Shown: piece after piece, positions 12,880 through 26,161 of the stretch
Numbering within the stretch: the stretch's first letter is position 1
Layout of the letters: each line of letters begins with the position of its first letter
Assembly (NCBI RefSeq): GCF_006345805.1
Contig: NC_042997.1
Location: 203,484,001 to 203,548,000 of the forward strand
DNA from: Octopus sinensis
Lineage: Eukaryota
Direction of reading: 5' to 3'
Length of the DNA: 64,000 nt
The notes under the pieces: generated by a model
Database searches by the model: none
What the model saw: only the letters and a program-made list of their open reading frames with translations
Told to the model about the DNA's origin: nothing
Program-made: the position numbers and the translations under genes

Positions 12880-13820
12880 AAGGAGGGGAGAGGAAGGAGG
12901 GAGAGGAGAGGAAGGAGGGGGAGGAGAGGAAGGAGGGGGAGGAGAGGAAGGAGGGGGAGGAGAGGAAGGATGGAAGAAGAAGAGGAGGAAGAGAAGGAGA
13001 AAAAGGTGGGGAAGAGAAGTGGAGGAGCAGAAGCAGGTGGTGGAGTAGTAGGAGGAAGAAGGAGAAGAAAGAAGAGGACAGTGATAATAATGACAGCATC
13101 AAGGGAAAGAATGAGAAGGATAAAGACTGTAACAATTATGATGATGAGGAGGAGGAAGGGGAAGAGAGAAGGATCAAATGATTATGATGGTGGTGACAAT
13201 GACGACGACAATGATGATGATGGTGATGACAAGGATGATGGTAATGATGATGGTGGGGGGCAGAGGAAGAGGTGGATTATGAAGACGACAATAATTGTGA
13301 TGATAACAACAGCAAAGTTGATAGCATAAAAGGAAACAAAACCGAATTAGCTATTTGTCACTTTATTTGTTCATAAAGATAATGGTAATTAGTCGTTTTA
13401 AGTATCAATTACTTACTACAAAGTCAAAGAACGAAATAAAGATCAAGCAACATCAACAACAACAACAATAATAATATACATCACACATGTTTGCTGTTAA
13501 AGTACATGTTAATCTTTTTCTATTGATTCTTCTTCTTGCTCTTCTCCTTCTCCACCTTCTTGTTTTGTTCTTTATCTCTTTCTCCATCTCCTCCTCCTCA
13601 TCCTCCTTCTTCCATTTCATCCTCTTTTTCTTCTTCTTCTGCTGCTGCTGCTACCACTACTGCTGCTGATTCTTCTTCTTCTTCTCCTCACTTTCCGCAT
13701 TCCTCATTCCTCCTCCTCTTCCTCCTCTTCCACCACCACCTCCTCCTCTACCTTCTTCTTCTTCTTCTCCTCCTCCTCCTCCTTCTTCTTCTTCTTCTCC
13801 TCCTCCTTCTTCTTCTTCCC
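12880..13820. repeat. Low-complexity (GGA/GAA)n, (GAT)n and (CTT/CCT)n tracts, including an 18-bp tandem GGAGAGGAAGGAGGGGGA
   Basis: Seen directly in the sequence. Confidence 0.9.
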
Positions 13821-14242
13821 AATAGCCTGACCTCTACAGTCAAAGCAGTATAAACACAAAGATGAGGCGGAGATACTGTCTGTCTTTTAAAGAAGAGCAG
13901 GAAATATTTAATGGAATAATGGAATCAGTGAAGATCTATTCACCAAATATTCTGCTCTCGGTGCCAGATATTGAATAATTTGTGTGAAAAAAGAAACTGT
14001 GATTACTGATTGTTATTGAAGAAACTGAAGATCAAACTACATTCTTGATTTTTGGATTTTTTTTTTCCTTAGATATGTCTATTGATTTCCATATGTGAAT
14101 ATGACTTATATATTAACAAATATATACATCAATATATGTATGTTTGTGTGTATACACACACATATATATTGAATGTATATACATGTGTGTGTCTGTGAAC
14201 GTTTGTATATCCTCATATAAATAAATATGTATATGTATATAT

Positions 14243-14291
<49 letters not shown>

Positions 14292-14698
14292 ATATTCTCA
14301 TATAAATAAATATGTATGTGTATAATAGATATATATATATGAGGACATACATCATGTGATCATGTGATCGATCAAACTATGAGATGCTGTTATACATCAC
14401 TGGTCACAATGTGCTTCACATTGTTATAGCTTTCAAATGACACTACCCTACAGGCTAGACGAGCAGGCCAACATTCCCACTACTGATCTATCACATGAAC
14501 TGGAGCAATATGAAATGAAGTGTTTTGCTCAAGAACACAACTTAGCCTGGGAATCAAACACATGATCTAGCTATCATGAGTCCAGCACTCCAACCACAAG
14601 GGCATTGCACCTTCACATGATGACAGACATCAATTATATATCTACATATATATTTATTTATGCTTATGTATATATATATATATGTGTGTGTGTGTAAT

Positions 14699-14927
14699 TT
14701 TCTTTATTGTCCACCGGGGGCTAAACAAAGGACTTAAGAGGGGACAAACAAAGGGTTTGAGTTGATTACATCAACCCCAGTGTGTAATTCATACTTATTT
14801 AATCGACCCCGAAAGGATGAAAGGCAAAGTCAACCTCGACAGAATTTGAACTCAGAATGTAATGGCAGACAAAATACCGCTAAGCATTTTGTCCGGCATG
14901 CTAATAATTCTGCCAGGTCACCGGCTT
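14699..14927 (-). mobile_element. SINE family A
   Basis: Colinear with the 174-402 copy. Confidence 0.85.
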
Positions 14928-15139
14928 GATATATATATCATCATCATTGTTTTACATAGGTTTGTGGAAATTTGTTGAGGCAGATTTTTCTATTGCCAGA
15001 TACCCTGTTTTTCCCAAGTAAAGCAATATTTCCCAATAACCACATGCATTTTCACAAGTTTGACAATGAAGAACACTTCTTACATGACGATAACATTTAT
15101 TTACAGCCATTGCACATGTGATTATCTTGCATTCGAAAA

Positions 15140-16625
15140 TCATGTCCTACTTATCTGCATTTAATTCTCAGCAGCATCCTTTCAATACTGGAGATATCAC
15201 ATTTTTCTATAATTTTGGCATTTGATATCTTATCTTGCCACTTTATATTATAGATATTGTGCAAGCAGTGCATGTGAAAAGTTTCAAGTTTCTTTATATG
15301 TCTATGGTAGAGGGGTCCATGCTTCTGACCCATACAAAAGTTTGCTCAAAATACAAGATTTGTATACACTTAACACTTATTTTACATTATTTACAATGGA
15401 TGGATAACAACAAACAAGATGAGGACACCTTCTGTCCATTATAAATAATGTACATAATTCCTCATCTCAAAAATATAGAATAACACTTATTTTAGTTTAC
15501 AGTGTGACACTGTTCATTCTAGGTGAAGCATGACCTTCAAACATTAGGCCTCACTGAGACAATGACTAGTGACCATGACCTTTGGAAATATGTTGTGCTT
15601 AAGAAGACCCAGTAAGCCAAGTGAGACCATAACCCATGGCCTGTGCCTGTGGTGTAGCCAGCCCACTCATACATACCTTTCTTTGATTGGACACTAAACT
15701 CTGCTTGCAAAGACCTATTGAAGCAAGTGAAATTGAAATCAAATTCGCTGACATGGCTGATAACAACACTGCCTGACTGGCATCCGTGCTAGTGGAGCAT
15801 TAAGAGCACCATCCGAGTGTGATCATTACCAGGGCTGCAGACTGGCTCCCATGCCGGTGGCACATAAAAAGCACCATTCAAGTGTGATCATTACCAGCAT
15901 CACTCTTACTGGCACTTGTGCTGGTGGCACGTGAAAAACAACATTCGAGTGAGGTCATTGCCAGTGCTGCTGGACTAGCTCCTGTACAGGTGACACATAA
16001 AAAAAACACCATTTGAGTGTGGCTGTTGCCAGTACCACCTGACTGGCCCTCATGCCAGTGACACATAAAAGCACCCGCTACACTATCGGAATGGTTGGCA
16101 TTAGGAAGGGCATCCAGCTGCAGAAACTCTGCCAGATTAGATTGAGCCTGGTGCAACCATCTGGCTTGCCAGTCCTCAGTCAAACTGTCCAACACATGCC
16201 AGCATAGTAAGCGGACGTTAAACAATGATGATGACGATGATGATGATGATGATAATTATTTTGGTCATCAAGTGTACTCTTAAAGTTTACTGTGCTTCCA
16301 AGATGTTTAAATGACCTGACCCATTTGAATAGTTTATTGTCAATCATCACATTTGAATCTTGAGTATGTTCTATCCCAGGCTTTGGTTGGAATAAAACTT
16401 CAGTCTTTTTAATACTAATAGTCAGCCCAAATGCATGAGCTGCTGCAAAAAACCTGTCAACTATTTCCTGAATTACCTCAAATATATAAGAAATCAAAGC
16501 ACAATCATCAGCAAACAGACAGTCATGAAGAATCTTTTCCTTGATCTTTTTCTTTGATCAGAAGCCTTGCCCATTTAGGTTTAGTAAACCTCCATCTATG
16601 CAAAACTGAAATTTTATACCTTCAT
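15140..16625 (-). pseudogene. BovB-like RTE LINE ORF2 remnant (RT core and C-terminus), split by a younger insertion
   Basis: CLFADDCAL, FGLTISIKKTEVL and FKHLGST at 16256-16625; LLYGSEAW and FHMHCLHNIYNIKWQDKISN at 15150-15340. Confidence 0.85.
15495..16253 (+). mobile_element. 3' part of RTE-PHD LINE with five UTR modules, nested in the BovB-like element
   Basis: ORF2 end, tandem GCCAG..CTGGC / GGTGGCAC-TAAAA-CACC units, conserved 3' end and (GAT)n tail. Confidence 0.85.
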
Positions 16626-17575
16626 AGTAATCCGAAGGAGCAATATCTGCTGAATATGGAGGTGGGGTAACACATCCCAGCTGAGCTGCAGCAATTTTTG
16701 TCTGGTTCCCAAAGAAACATGTGGTCTTCCTGTTGGCCAATTCTGGACGTTTCTCTTCCAGTTGTGTGCAGTATTTCTCAGAATTAATTGTCTGGTTACT
16801 TTGGAGAAGCTCATAGTACAGAATTCCTTTTCAATCTCATCAGACACAAAGCAAGATTTTTTAGGGTGAAGACCCGCTTTTGGAGTGGCTACTCCAGGAT
16901 CGCTTTCTCTGAACATTTCGGTAGATAATCCATTTCTCATCACTTGTTACAATTTGCATTAAAAAAGGCGCATTTTCATTTCATTTATAAAGCGAATCAC
17001 AGATGGAAATGTGATCCAAAAGGTTCTACTCACTCAACTCATGTGGTACCCAAACATCGTAGCGATTTGTGTACCCAGGTGCTCATGAACAATGGATTTT
17101 GATAGACTGAGGCTTTCTGCCAATTCTCAGGTTGTGCAATGCATGTTACTCTCAATTAATGACTTGATTTGGTCATCATCTGTAGTGGATGGCTCTTTAT
17201 CAATAATCGCTCTTTATCAATAAGGCTACAATCTCCAACTCGGAACCTTGTGAGCCACTTCCATACAGTTCTTTTGCAATAAAGAAACATCACTGTAAAC
17301 TTCACATATTTCTTTGGTTGCTTGTGAGGCATTTTTCCCTTTACAGAAAAAGAAAAGCATCAAGTGCAGAAAATGAACTTTCTTATCTTCCATTTTAAAG
17401 GGTTACAGAATTAACACAGGTTATAGGAACATAAACCTTCTTCCACGAAAAGATAGCTTAAACTGTGCTCTAAATGGAGGTGTAGTAAAATATTATTTTA
17501 TGGATTCAACCATGTACTAAAATAAGTCAAAAGGTAAGCTGCTATAAATCGGCACAAATTTTCTGGACAACCCAA
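16625..17575 (-). mobile_element. mariner transposon, decayed and 3'-truncated
   Basis: TA followed by TIR TTGGGTTGTCCAGAAAATTTGTGCCG; MEDKKVHF start, TSDEKW, KAGLHPKK and PYSADIAPSDY motifs. Confidence 0.9.
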
Positions 17576-17704
17576 TATTTATACATTATTATGTCTACAG
17601 ATATCTAATCTTGCATACATGTGTATATATAAGTACACACAAATATATGCACATAACACACATACATACATACATGCATTTATACATACGTACATACATA
17701 CATA

Positions 17705-18262
17705 CATGGTGGCTGTCCCCTCGTTATCAGGTATAGCCACTGCATGAAGCTTAATCAATCTTGTTATAGTGCAATGCCTGTGCAAGAAGATTTTTTTTTA
17801 AGTGAGGAAAGGCTGTACACTGAGTCAATCCCACTCACTAAGCAACAGCAGCTATAATCCGAAAAGAAGAACAAGTCAACATCATCGGTAACCACTGAGC
17901 CGCAGGTTTTATGTCGGCGTTATCCCAGTTACCTGAGTTACCTTCTCCTAGAAGGATGCCCTAACAAAGGCTAGGAGTCCTTCACTCCCAATGGTTTAAC
18001 TGCGCGATCAGGTATTCAGTCCGATTATTTCTATGTCCCCGCGCATTATACAGCCTTAAGACATTTATTGGATGGCCGTTGACTCTCAAGTGTTCCTCTG
18101 CCCTTTGACAGGTTTTGTTTTTCATCCTGCAAGGTGTCCAATAAATGCCCTCCTCACCAAGCAAGCTTGGTGGGGTTGCCGGTTTAGTCGCCAACGACCT
18201 GACCATGCAACAGGTTGTACTGGGTTACATGTTACCAGTAGCACTCGAAAGTGACCTGACAT
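17705..18262 (-). mobile_element. Non-autonomous RTE-derived element containing RTE 5'-UTR-like sequence
   Basis: CpG-rich. Minus-strand CTCCTAGCCTTTGTTAGGGCATCCTTCTAGGAGAAGGTAACTC resembles RTE 5' UTR motifs. No long ORF. Confidence 0.5.
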
Positions 18263-18324
18263 AACATAACATGCATGTATATATATATATGTTTATGTAT
18301 ATATATATATGCTGACACACTAAC

Positions 18325-18485
18325 ATAGGAGTAGCTGTGTGATAAGAAGCTTGCTTCCCAACCACATGGTTCTGGGTTCAGTCCCACTGTATAACACCTT
18401 GGGTAAGTATCTTCTATTATAGCCTCAGTCTGACCAAAGCTTTGTGAGTGGATTTGGTAGATAGAAACTGAAAGAAGCCTGTCGT
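18325..18485 (+). mobile_element. tRNA-derived SINE, family B (CORE-like)
   Basis: GGTTCAGTCCC box B, ACCTTGGGTAAGT and GTGAGTGGATTTGGTAGA; matches the full copy at 41951. Confidence 0.8.
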
Positions 18486-18520
18486 ATATATATATGTATA
18501 TATATATATATATATATATG

Positions 18521-19159
18521 ACAGAGTGTAAGCATCCTTTGCCTTATTTCCAATCACCAGCTGAGTATATATGTGGAGACAACCAAAAGAGGCATTTGAT
18601 CCACACTGCCTTATTCCAACTGTTAAACATGGAGGAAGATCTGTGATGATCTGTTGGAGGGGCTATATCTTGGAAATCTGCCAGCCCAATGGTTTCCCTT
18701 CATGGCAGAATTTATAGTCAAGACTATTTAAGCATTTTATCTGATCAAATTCATCCTATCATTGCGGAACTGTTTCCAGAGGGAAACGCAATCCTTCAGG
18801 ATGATAATGCACCAATTCACACAGCTAAAGTTATTACAGAATGGTACGAGGAACATTCTAGTGAAGTTGAACATCTTATCTGGCCACTACAGTCCCCAGA
18901 TCTCAATATTATCAAACATTTATGTGTATTTCAGAAAAACAAGTAAGGAGTCAATATTCTCTACCATCATCACTAGAAGAACTGGAGACTGTTTTAACCG
19001 AAGAATGGACAAAAATTCCTTTGGAAACAATTCAAACTTTGTATAAGTCCATACCTCATAGAATTCAAGCTGTAATTACTGCCAAAGGCGGTCCTACACC
19101 ATATTAAGATAAATTTGTTTGAAATTTTAAGGTGTTTCCATTATTTTGTCCAACACCTG
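18521..19159 (+). mobile_element. Tc1-type transposon 3' half (decayed DD34E-like transposase)
   Basis: PTVKHGG, ILQDDNAPIH, WPLQSPDLNII and AKGGPTPY*. The terminus TTTTGTCCAACACCTG is followed by TA. Confidence 0.92.
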
Positions 19160-19320
19160 TATATATATATATGTTAGAAGAAATGAGGTAATCAGAAGAC
19201 CGGATGGTTTATATTTACATATATTTATTTATATATTACATTTTTTACATATATATCATATCACTTAGATCATTAGCGCTTTCTCCCATTCTAGTGGGGT
19301 TTTCAAATCAAAATAATATA

Positions 19321-19620
19321 GTGAAGGCACATGGTTTAGTAGTTAGTGGATTTGTCTAACGACTGTAAGGTTGTGAGTTTGATTCCTGGTGGCACATCAT
19401 GTCCTTGTTCCAGTCAACTCAGCTGGCAAAAATGAGCAGTACCTGTAATTCAAACGGCCAGCCTTGTCACATTCTGTGTCATACTGAATCTCCCTGAGAA
19501 CTACATTAAGGGTATGTGTGTGTGTGCAGTGCTCAGGTACTTACATGTTAATTTCTCATGCTGGCTGTTCCATTGATCGAATCAACTGGAATGCTTATCA
19601 TCATAATCAATAGAGTGCCC
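19321..19620 (+). mobile_element. SINE family C
   Basis: GTGAAGGCACATGGTTTAGTAG head; body shared with the 7285 copy. Confidence 0.75.
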
Positions 19621-19857
19621 AGCCTGCAACATATATGCTCATTTGTTTTTACATTCATTTTCTATACTAGTTTGGGTTTAACATTTGTATTCTGGAGATT
19701 ATCAAAACATTTTTTAACAATAAGATCCTGTTGCTAATCCTTATTTGTGTTTTCAAGTAAAGGATCTTTTATTTCACATGTTTTTAAAGGCTCAAACCAA
19801 GCAGGTTATTTGATGACATGAGAATTGACAAGAACAACAATAAGTCACTTTCTTTAG

Positions 19858-20504
19858 CCCTTTAGCATTAAGATTACTCTGTCAAACATACTTTACTTAT
19901 CATACATTATCTTGCAGCTTCAATATTTCAATGAGGTAATTGCTTATATTTAGAATGACATTAAATGGTAGTTGTGAGATACCAGATCTGGCTGGCTTGA
20001 ATATAAAACAGTTAGAATATTTGAGCTTGTAGTGATCCCTGGCGGTCAAGCAGGAAGGCAAAATGAAAAAGGGATCTAATTAGAGTAATCTCCCTCAATC
20101 TTCTCTAACATTCTAGAAGCTTCCAATTAACTTCCAGATGACATGGAAGTCAGGGACTTCTGGTTCATTCCTTATATAAAGGAACACATTTCTAATTTCG
20201 TACCACTCTTGCCTGTCAGTTCCTAAACATGCAAATGTTCGCCTCATTTGCTTTGAGACGTGGTTGCAAAACATGTTAATGTGATACTACAAGCTTTTCC
20301 TTCAATTAACCTTATATGTTAACACATTACATCCAGTAATAAATATGTTATGACTTATTACAAACATTTTACAAATTCCTGTTTTCTTGTCGTTTATGTG
20401 CAAGATGGTGACCATTCTTTCTTGCATGCAATTATAAAAATTATAGGATGTCACTTACTGACAATCACTATAAGCCTGATATTGCTGGTTTAAATACTAA
20501 AGGT
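19858..20504. mobile_element. piggyBac-like MITE interrupted by a solo LTR
   Basis: Termini CCCTTTAGCATT and AATACTAAAGGT with degenerate TTAA flanks. Confidence 0.55.
20028..20472 (+). mobile_element. Solo LTR (445 bp)
   Basis: Inverted termini TGTAGTGAT...ATCACTATA, imperfect 4-bp TSD AGCT/AGCC, TATA-like TATATAAAGG near 20173 and AATAAA near 20338. Confidence 0.65.
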
Positions 20505-20961
20505 ATAAGAGTACACATGTGTGTGGAATATTCAACCACTTTCACATTAATTCAGGGGCAGGTAATTCAATTGACTGAACAACTGAATCCTCATCATCAA
20601 AGACAGAAATCTACTACCATCATCCACCAAATATAGATTTGTGCATTTAAATGTCTATGACTCTTCCAGGGCACCAATTGTTGATAATAAACTTGTACAC
20701 TGATACTCTTTATTTAACATCTTCAATCCAGTTTCTAAACAAACATGGTAGATGCTGTCATGAAACATGATTTTTGTTTTGTTTATAAAACATTTGCTCA
20801 ATGTTTATCTTACAACAGTGTTTCACAATGTTTGAGTTTACAACTGATAAACGAAACTGTAAATAGTTTGAACAGTGTGTGTGTGTTTATTTGTATGTGT
20901 GTGTGAGTGTGTGTGTGTGTGTTATTTGTATGTGCGTGTGTTCATTTGTGTGTGTGTGTGT

Positions 20962-20992
<31 letters not shown>

Positions 20993-21294
20993 CACTAGTG
21001 ATATTTTGGTATCTAATAATGGTAGTTAGCAACATATTTGCAATGGTGGTACAAGCAAAGGGGCTTAAATGTAGGAAAGTAATTAGCACAAATTGATAGG
21101 AGTTAGTAAAAAACAAAGAAGATTAAAAGTTACCAATTTGTTGTCAGTGTCAACACTATTATCCTTTTTGCTGGTGTTGTTCCCATTTCTGTCTTTATAC
21201 CACACCCTACTTTTCATTAATTGCTTGAAAGGGCACAGTATTTCATTTTTACAACCATAATATATTAATAAGTATATTAAAGGTTATATATATA

Positions 21295-21600
21295 TATAGG
21301 GAGAGTTTATGAAAAAACAAAAGACAAAGACAGGTGGTGTACAAAACAAACAGATGTATTAGTATAACGCTCAGGAATAGAAAAAGTCTTTTACGTTTCG
21401 AGCCTATGCTCTTCTACAGAAAGCGACACAGAAAAATCAAGGAGAGAAAAAAAAATGTGTGTAGTGGCTAATGATCTATCATGGCGTCTGACTCGGACAG
21501 AAGGGTCACACACGAGAGAGAAAGTAAGGGAGCTAACAAAGTAAAGATGACCCCCAACACGAAGGTGCGTGTGTGTATAAGAGAGTACGTAGGTGCATGT
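21295..21600 (-). mobile_element. Penelope-like terminal repeat fragment with a hammerhead-like motif
   Basis: Minus strand CTGTAGA-AGAGCATAGGCTC-GAAACGTA at 21386-21427. Confidence 0.5.
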
Positions 21601-21799
21601 GAAAGAAGGCTGGTGGTCTGGATGTGCACGTGTATGTATGTGTAGGTGTGAAAATGTGGGGATAGGTGTGTGGGTGGTGTGTTGTGATGTGTAATGTTGT
21701 ATGGTGTAGTGTGGTGTGATGTCGTTGGGAGTTGGGGGAGGTGAGAGTGGGGAAAGCACGGGTGGAGTGTGGGTTCGGCTGAGGGTTGGGGTTTGTGGG

Positions 21800-21945
21800 C
21801 TTCTTTCAATTTCCATCTACCAAATCCACTCACAAGACTTTGGTTGGCCCAAGGTTATAGTAGAAGACACTTGCCCAAGGTGCCACACAGTGAGACTGAA
21901 CCCAGAACCATGTGGTTGGGAAGCAAGTTTCTTACCACACAGCCA
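21800..21945 (-). mobile_element. SINE family B
   Basis: Reverse complement of the 41951 head. Confidence 0.8.
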
Positions 21946-23999
21946 CATATTCATACATTCCTATTATACACACATCTCATTACAGAGCATTCTTCCTTTT
22001 TTTCCTTACTACTCTCTTTTTTAATTCTTTCCATCTTCATTCCATCATAATCATCATCTCATTATCATTGCCACCATCATAATCATAATCATCACTACCC
22101 CCACTACCACCACTATCACTGTCATTACTACACCATTGGTAGTAACAACAACAGCCCCACCACCACCAACAGCAGTTTCAGCATCACCATCATTGTTATC
22201 ATTGTCATCATTATCACTGCCATCATTGTTGTCATCATCATCATTATCCTCCTCCTCCTCCTCATCATCATCATCATCTTCATTATCATTATCATTATCC
22301 TCTTTCTCATCATCATCATCATCATCAGAACTCAGCCTCAGTTGCACTGTTTGAGAACAGACATATTTTTTTAACAACCAATTCTTCACACATCCATGAA
22401 TAAAATCAGTACAATCGATAGATGCAACGAAAATATCCATTATATTTCCAAAATTATACTCTAGTAGATGGGATGGAACATCCACCAAACCCGATAATTT
22501 GTACAAAATAAATAATCTTTACACATACCTTTCCATCTTTCCACCTTGCTTTTTTATTTTTCATGTATATTTATTTATTTTAGTATTAAATAAATCAAAT
22601 ATAAATGAAATTGCATCATAAAAATACATGCTAGATATTCATACGTTGATAAAAATATACAATGAAATTATTATTGAACAATACTTTTATTGTTAAAGAA
22701 AGAAAATTGCTAGAAACAAAATCAATATTAAATTGCTTTACCAAACCTTTTGAGAAATTTTATGGACTTTTTTAAGTATTTTATATTTTTCATCTTCATT
22801 TTGGAAACACATATTTATATATATATATTTTTCACCTTTCAATATTGTATGCTTGCCATCAAATCCTTATATTTTACAAAAAGAAAACAATAAAAAAATA
22901 TCTTTAGTTTGAGTTTTATAATGGTAGTTTTTATTTCTTGTTAGATTGCCATCTGTGTATTATATTAAATGTCTGTCCAACTCATACCAGCATGGAAAGC
23001 GAACATTAAACAACGGTGGTGGTGGTGGTGGTGGTGGTGGTGGTGGTGTGGTGGTGGTGGTGGTGGTGGTGGTGGTGGTGGTGATGATGATGAGGATATA
23101 TATATATATATATATACTGTTAAGAGATATAATGCTGTGGGTTTTGTCTGAGAGAAAATCTCTTCAGAGACATGTTGTGTTAAAACCTCAATTTATATCA
23201 AAGTGAGGCAAACATCATCACAGCAGCAACTCACAAGACTGACAGGCATCTTTTACCCCACTGGGGGCTTGTCAATACTATACACCTATCTTTCATTTGT
23301 TAAGATAAAATTTGGGCTTCAATATATAGTAAGCAGGGAATAATACATTCACTGGTTTGTAGAAAGCTTGCCAGGCTGTATGCTGCTTCAATTGTCTTCA
23401 CTTTGTTTTTGTTAGTTAATTGAATTCCATATGTATTTCTATGTTGATTTCAAACTAAATGTGAGAACAATTAAGAACCAAAACAACAGTAAGTGCATGG
23501 TAACTTGACCTGCTAGAAATCACAGCCAAATCTATCACTTGAATCACTTCAACTTAGAAAGAAATGGACACACACTAAATTATTTTGTTCTAGATATGCT
23601 ATGTCAAGAATAAAAGATGGAATGTTCACACCTGGAATGCCTTTGAACATATAGGAGAACATGTTCGTTCTGCTCTACTAGTGCTGATCTGAGACTAAAC
23701 AGCAATAACAACCAGCAAATTTAGTGAAACAGTTCTCCATTATCATCTGCTTCATTTAGTGTATTTATCCAAAAGGGCGTAAGTTTAAAGGTGTTATTTG
23801 ATATAAAAAGGAGCTAAGTAATATATATAGATGTCTCTGTGTGTGTGTGTGTGTGTTCACATGTGTGTGTATACATACATAAATGTATTATATTTTATGA
23901 ATGTATGTTAATCAAAGTACACAGTATTATAGATCTCTTACAGCTGATCTTACCTATTGGTTTCATCCTGGGTACTAAAACTGAATGTTAGATAACAGC

Positions 24000-24880
24000 A
24001 TGGTTAAGTAATAGCATCTGCTCTTCAGAGCTAGAAAGTATGAAAAAAATATGGTGACTACTCTTCATTATTGGAGGTGAAAATGTCAAATCCAATTTTT
24101 GAGTGCTATGAAAAAAGATGAAACAAAGCTATATGAGGCAAACCGAGCAAGGGTTTTATCAAGAGTTATGTTCCGTGGCCCCACAGTCTCTGAGTAGCTA
24201 TAAGGTGGCAAGAGGTTTTTGAAAAATGTACAAAGATTTAGGGATTGGTATTTGTGTAGGCTGGAATGTGTATAGGGGGTTTAAAGGGAAGTGAGGGTGG
24301 TTAGGTGTCTAAACTATAAAATCCATGTTTAAGTACATATATGTCTGTCTTCATATGAACATGTTTTGGTTAAACTCTTTCAATGGTTCTCAAGACATGA
24401 TGGTGAAAAGGCTGAAGGTGGAGAACCTAGTAGTTATAGTCATGATGGTACCCATAAGTACAGCAACATATACCTTTTTCATGTGGGAAAGATCTAAAAA
24501 TCTTACTTCTGTAGCTTAGGTAGATGTCTGGATGCCTAGAATTAAATTTTTTGAAAAAGTTTTTCTCAGCTAAGTATAATCTGCATTTTCTATTGCTATT
24601 AAAACAAGCCTTACACTTCTCAAAGATTTTTCACTTTATGTTGTACTCCATGACACTTTCTTTTAATGACCATACACACCTAGCCAAGGCTGTGATATTT
24701 TGTCTCTCTTGGGTTTTGAAGGAGGACTCATTGAATCTGTTCCTGAAAGGACATTCACACCCAAATATTTTTGCACTTAGGTGAATGATTTGGGCCCTTA
24801 GATGTTACTTCTACCTCATAATTGACTGTTTACATGTTATAGTGACCATTAAAGGGACATGTAGTGTACCTGTACATGGG
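24000..24880 (-). pseudogene. Penelope-like element remnants (GIY-YIG C-terminus; possible RT-end fragment)
   Basis: Minus-strand TCPFNGH, ALARCVWSLKE, NIK*KIFEKC and KCRLYLAEK (24540-24880) match the typical PLE endonuclease end. EVRFLDL near 24500 is weaker. Confidence 0.65.
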
Positions 24881-24914
24881 CATCTAGTCTCTGTCTCACT
24901 AACATCTTTGCACT

Positions 24915-25249
24915 AGATGCACAGCTAAAGGAAACCCTTCAACTACTACTTTTGGTGCATCATTGGAAGGGAGACTATCAACATCCTCACAATATCATAG
25001 CTTCACTGAAGGCCACCATTGTCCAGGTAATGTCCGAAATGAATAAGGACCATCTACTGCAGGCATGTCAATGATTTCAGTCCTACATTGAAGTAGTCAT
25101 TGAAACTGAAGGCAAATTCATAGGATAATTTTATAAAAAAGCTTATTCAGAAGATGTGCACAAGTTTTTATTAAAATACACTTGGTTTCTTGTTAGATTA
25201 CACTTCTTTAATTAAGTTACCAAATTGTCCAAATACCGTTTGCACCCTG
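24915..25249 (+). mobile_element. maT/Tc1-mariner 3' fragment
   Basis: NPFNYYFW, SLKATIVQVMSEMNKDHLLQAC and VIETEGKFI*; terminus GCACCCTG. Confidence 0.7.
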
Positions 25250-26001
25250 TGTGTGTGTATGTGTGTGTGTGTGTTCATGCATGCACTCATGCATGTGTGT
25301 GTGTAAAATTATAATGCATGTGTGTGTGTAAAATTGTTTTGGGTTGTTGCTTGTGAAATGATTTGGTTGAGTTGAGCTGATATCAATGAATGCAAGAACA
25401 TGAATTCCATTTAAAATTTTAAATACAATATTTATTTTATCCTAAAACAAAGCAATGCATTGTTGTCACAACCAATGCGGCAAGAATGTTTATACCAAGT
25501 AAAAACGGTTCAGTAGTTTGTGATGTTTTTGTGTGACTCTAGTACCTAGGTGATATTTAGCTGTGCCATCATTGTCATTGTCATCCATTGATCTTAACTG
25601 CTGCAGCCACACTCAGAGGTGACTGGCTTAAAGCATGCACCACTACTCTCATTCATGCATTCTGATGATTAACAGAAAGCAGACCTATATACAGCTACAT
25701 AAATGGCACCAAAAGATAGTACTATTAATGAGATTCTGTTCTACTTGAGATCGAAGTGGTCAGTGCTTGCTAACATCATCAATAATTGATTGAATCATAT
25801 TTCTGTTGTTTAATTGTTTTTGCATCGGATACAGTGATCCAAATTTGATTTCTAGGCAATGAATTGGTGTTTAGGGACTGCCAAATACTCCTGCCATATG
25901 CACACACACACATGCACAAACATACCCATGCACACACACATGCACACATGCACACACACACACACACCACCACCACCACCACCACCACCACCACACCACA
26001 C

Positions 26002-26161
26002 CAGGCATGGTTCCAGGAATTTTTCGAAGGAAGGGCACAAGGTCAGAAGGGAATAAAATTCCTGGAGAAAAAGGTGTAATAACATTATTTAGAAGGTTGC
26101 ACTGCTTTTCTTGAGGGGGGCACGTACCCCTCAGCCCTACCTTCCATTGAGTATGCCCTTG
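26002..26161. mobile_element. Small MITE (hAT-like), degenerate
   Basis: CAGGCATGGTTCCAGGAATTTTT...GGGGGCACGTACCCC...TATGCCCTTG. Confidence 0.45.

Noticed and set aside
12755-13853. Glu/Gly/Leu/Ser-rich ORFs (also at 34.4-35.0 and 50.9-51.3 kb)
   Set aside because: Trinucleotide low-complexity sequence that is open in several frames.
18689-19107. Domesticated or intact transposase gene
   Set aside because: 5' half missing, frameshifted, and the catalytic Glu position appears to be Lys.
22054-22506. 150-aa acidic ORF
   Set aside because: Mostly (GAT)n repeat; the unique part has no recognisable homology or convincing splice boundaries.
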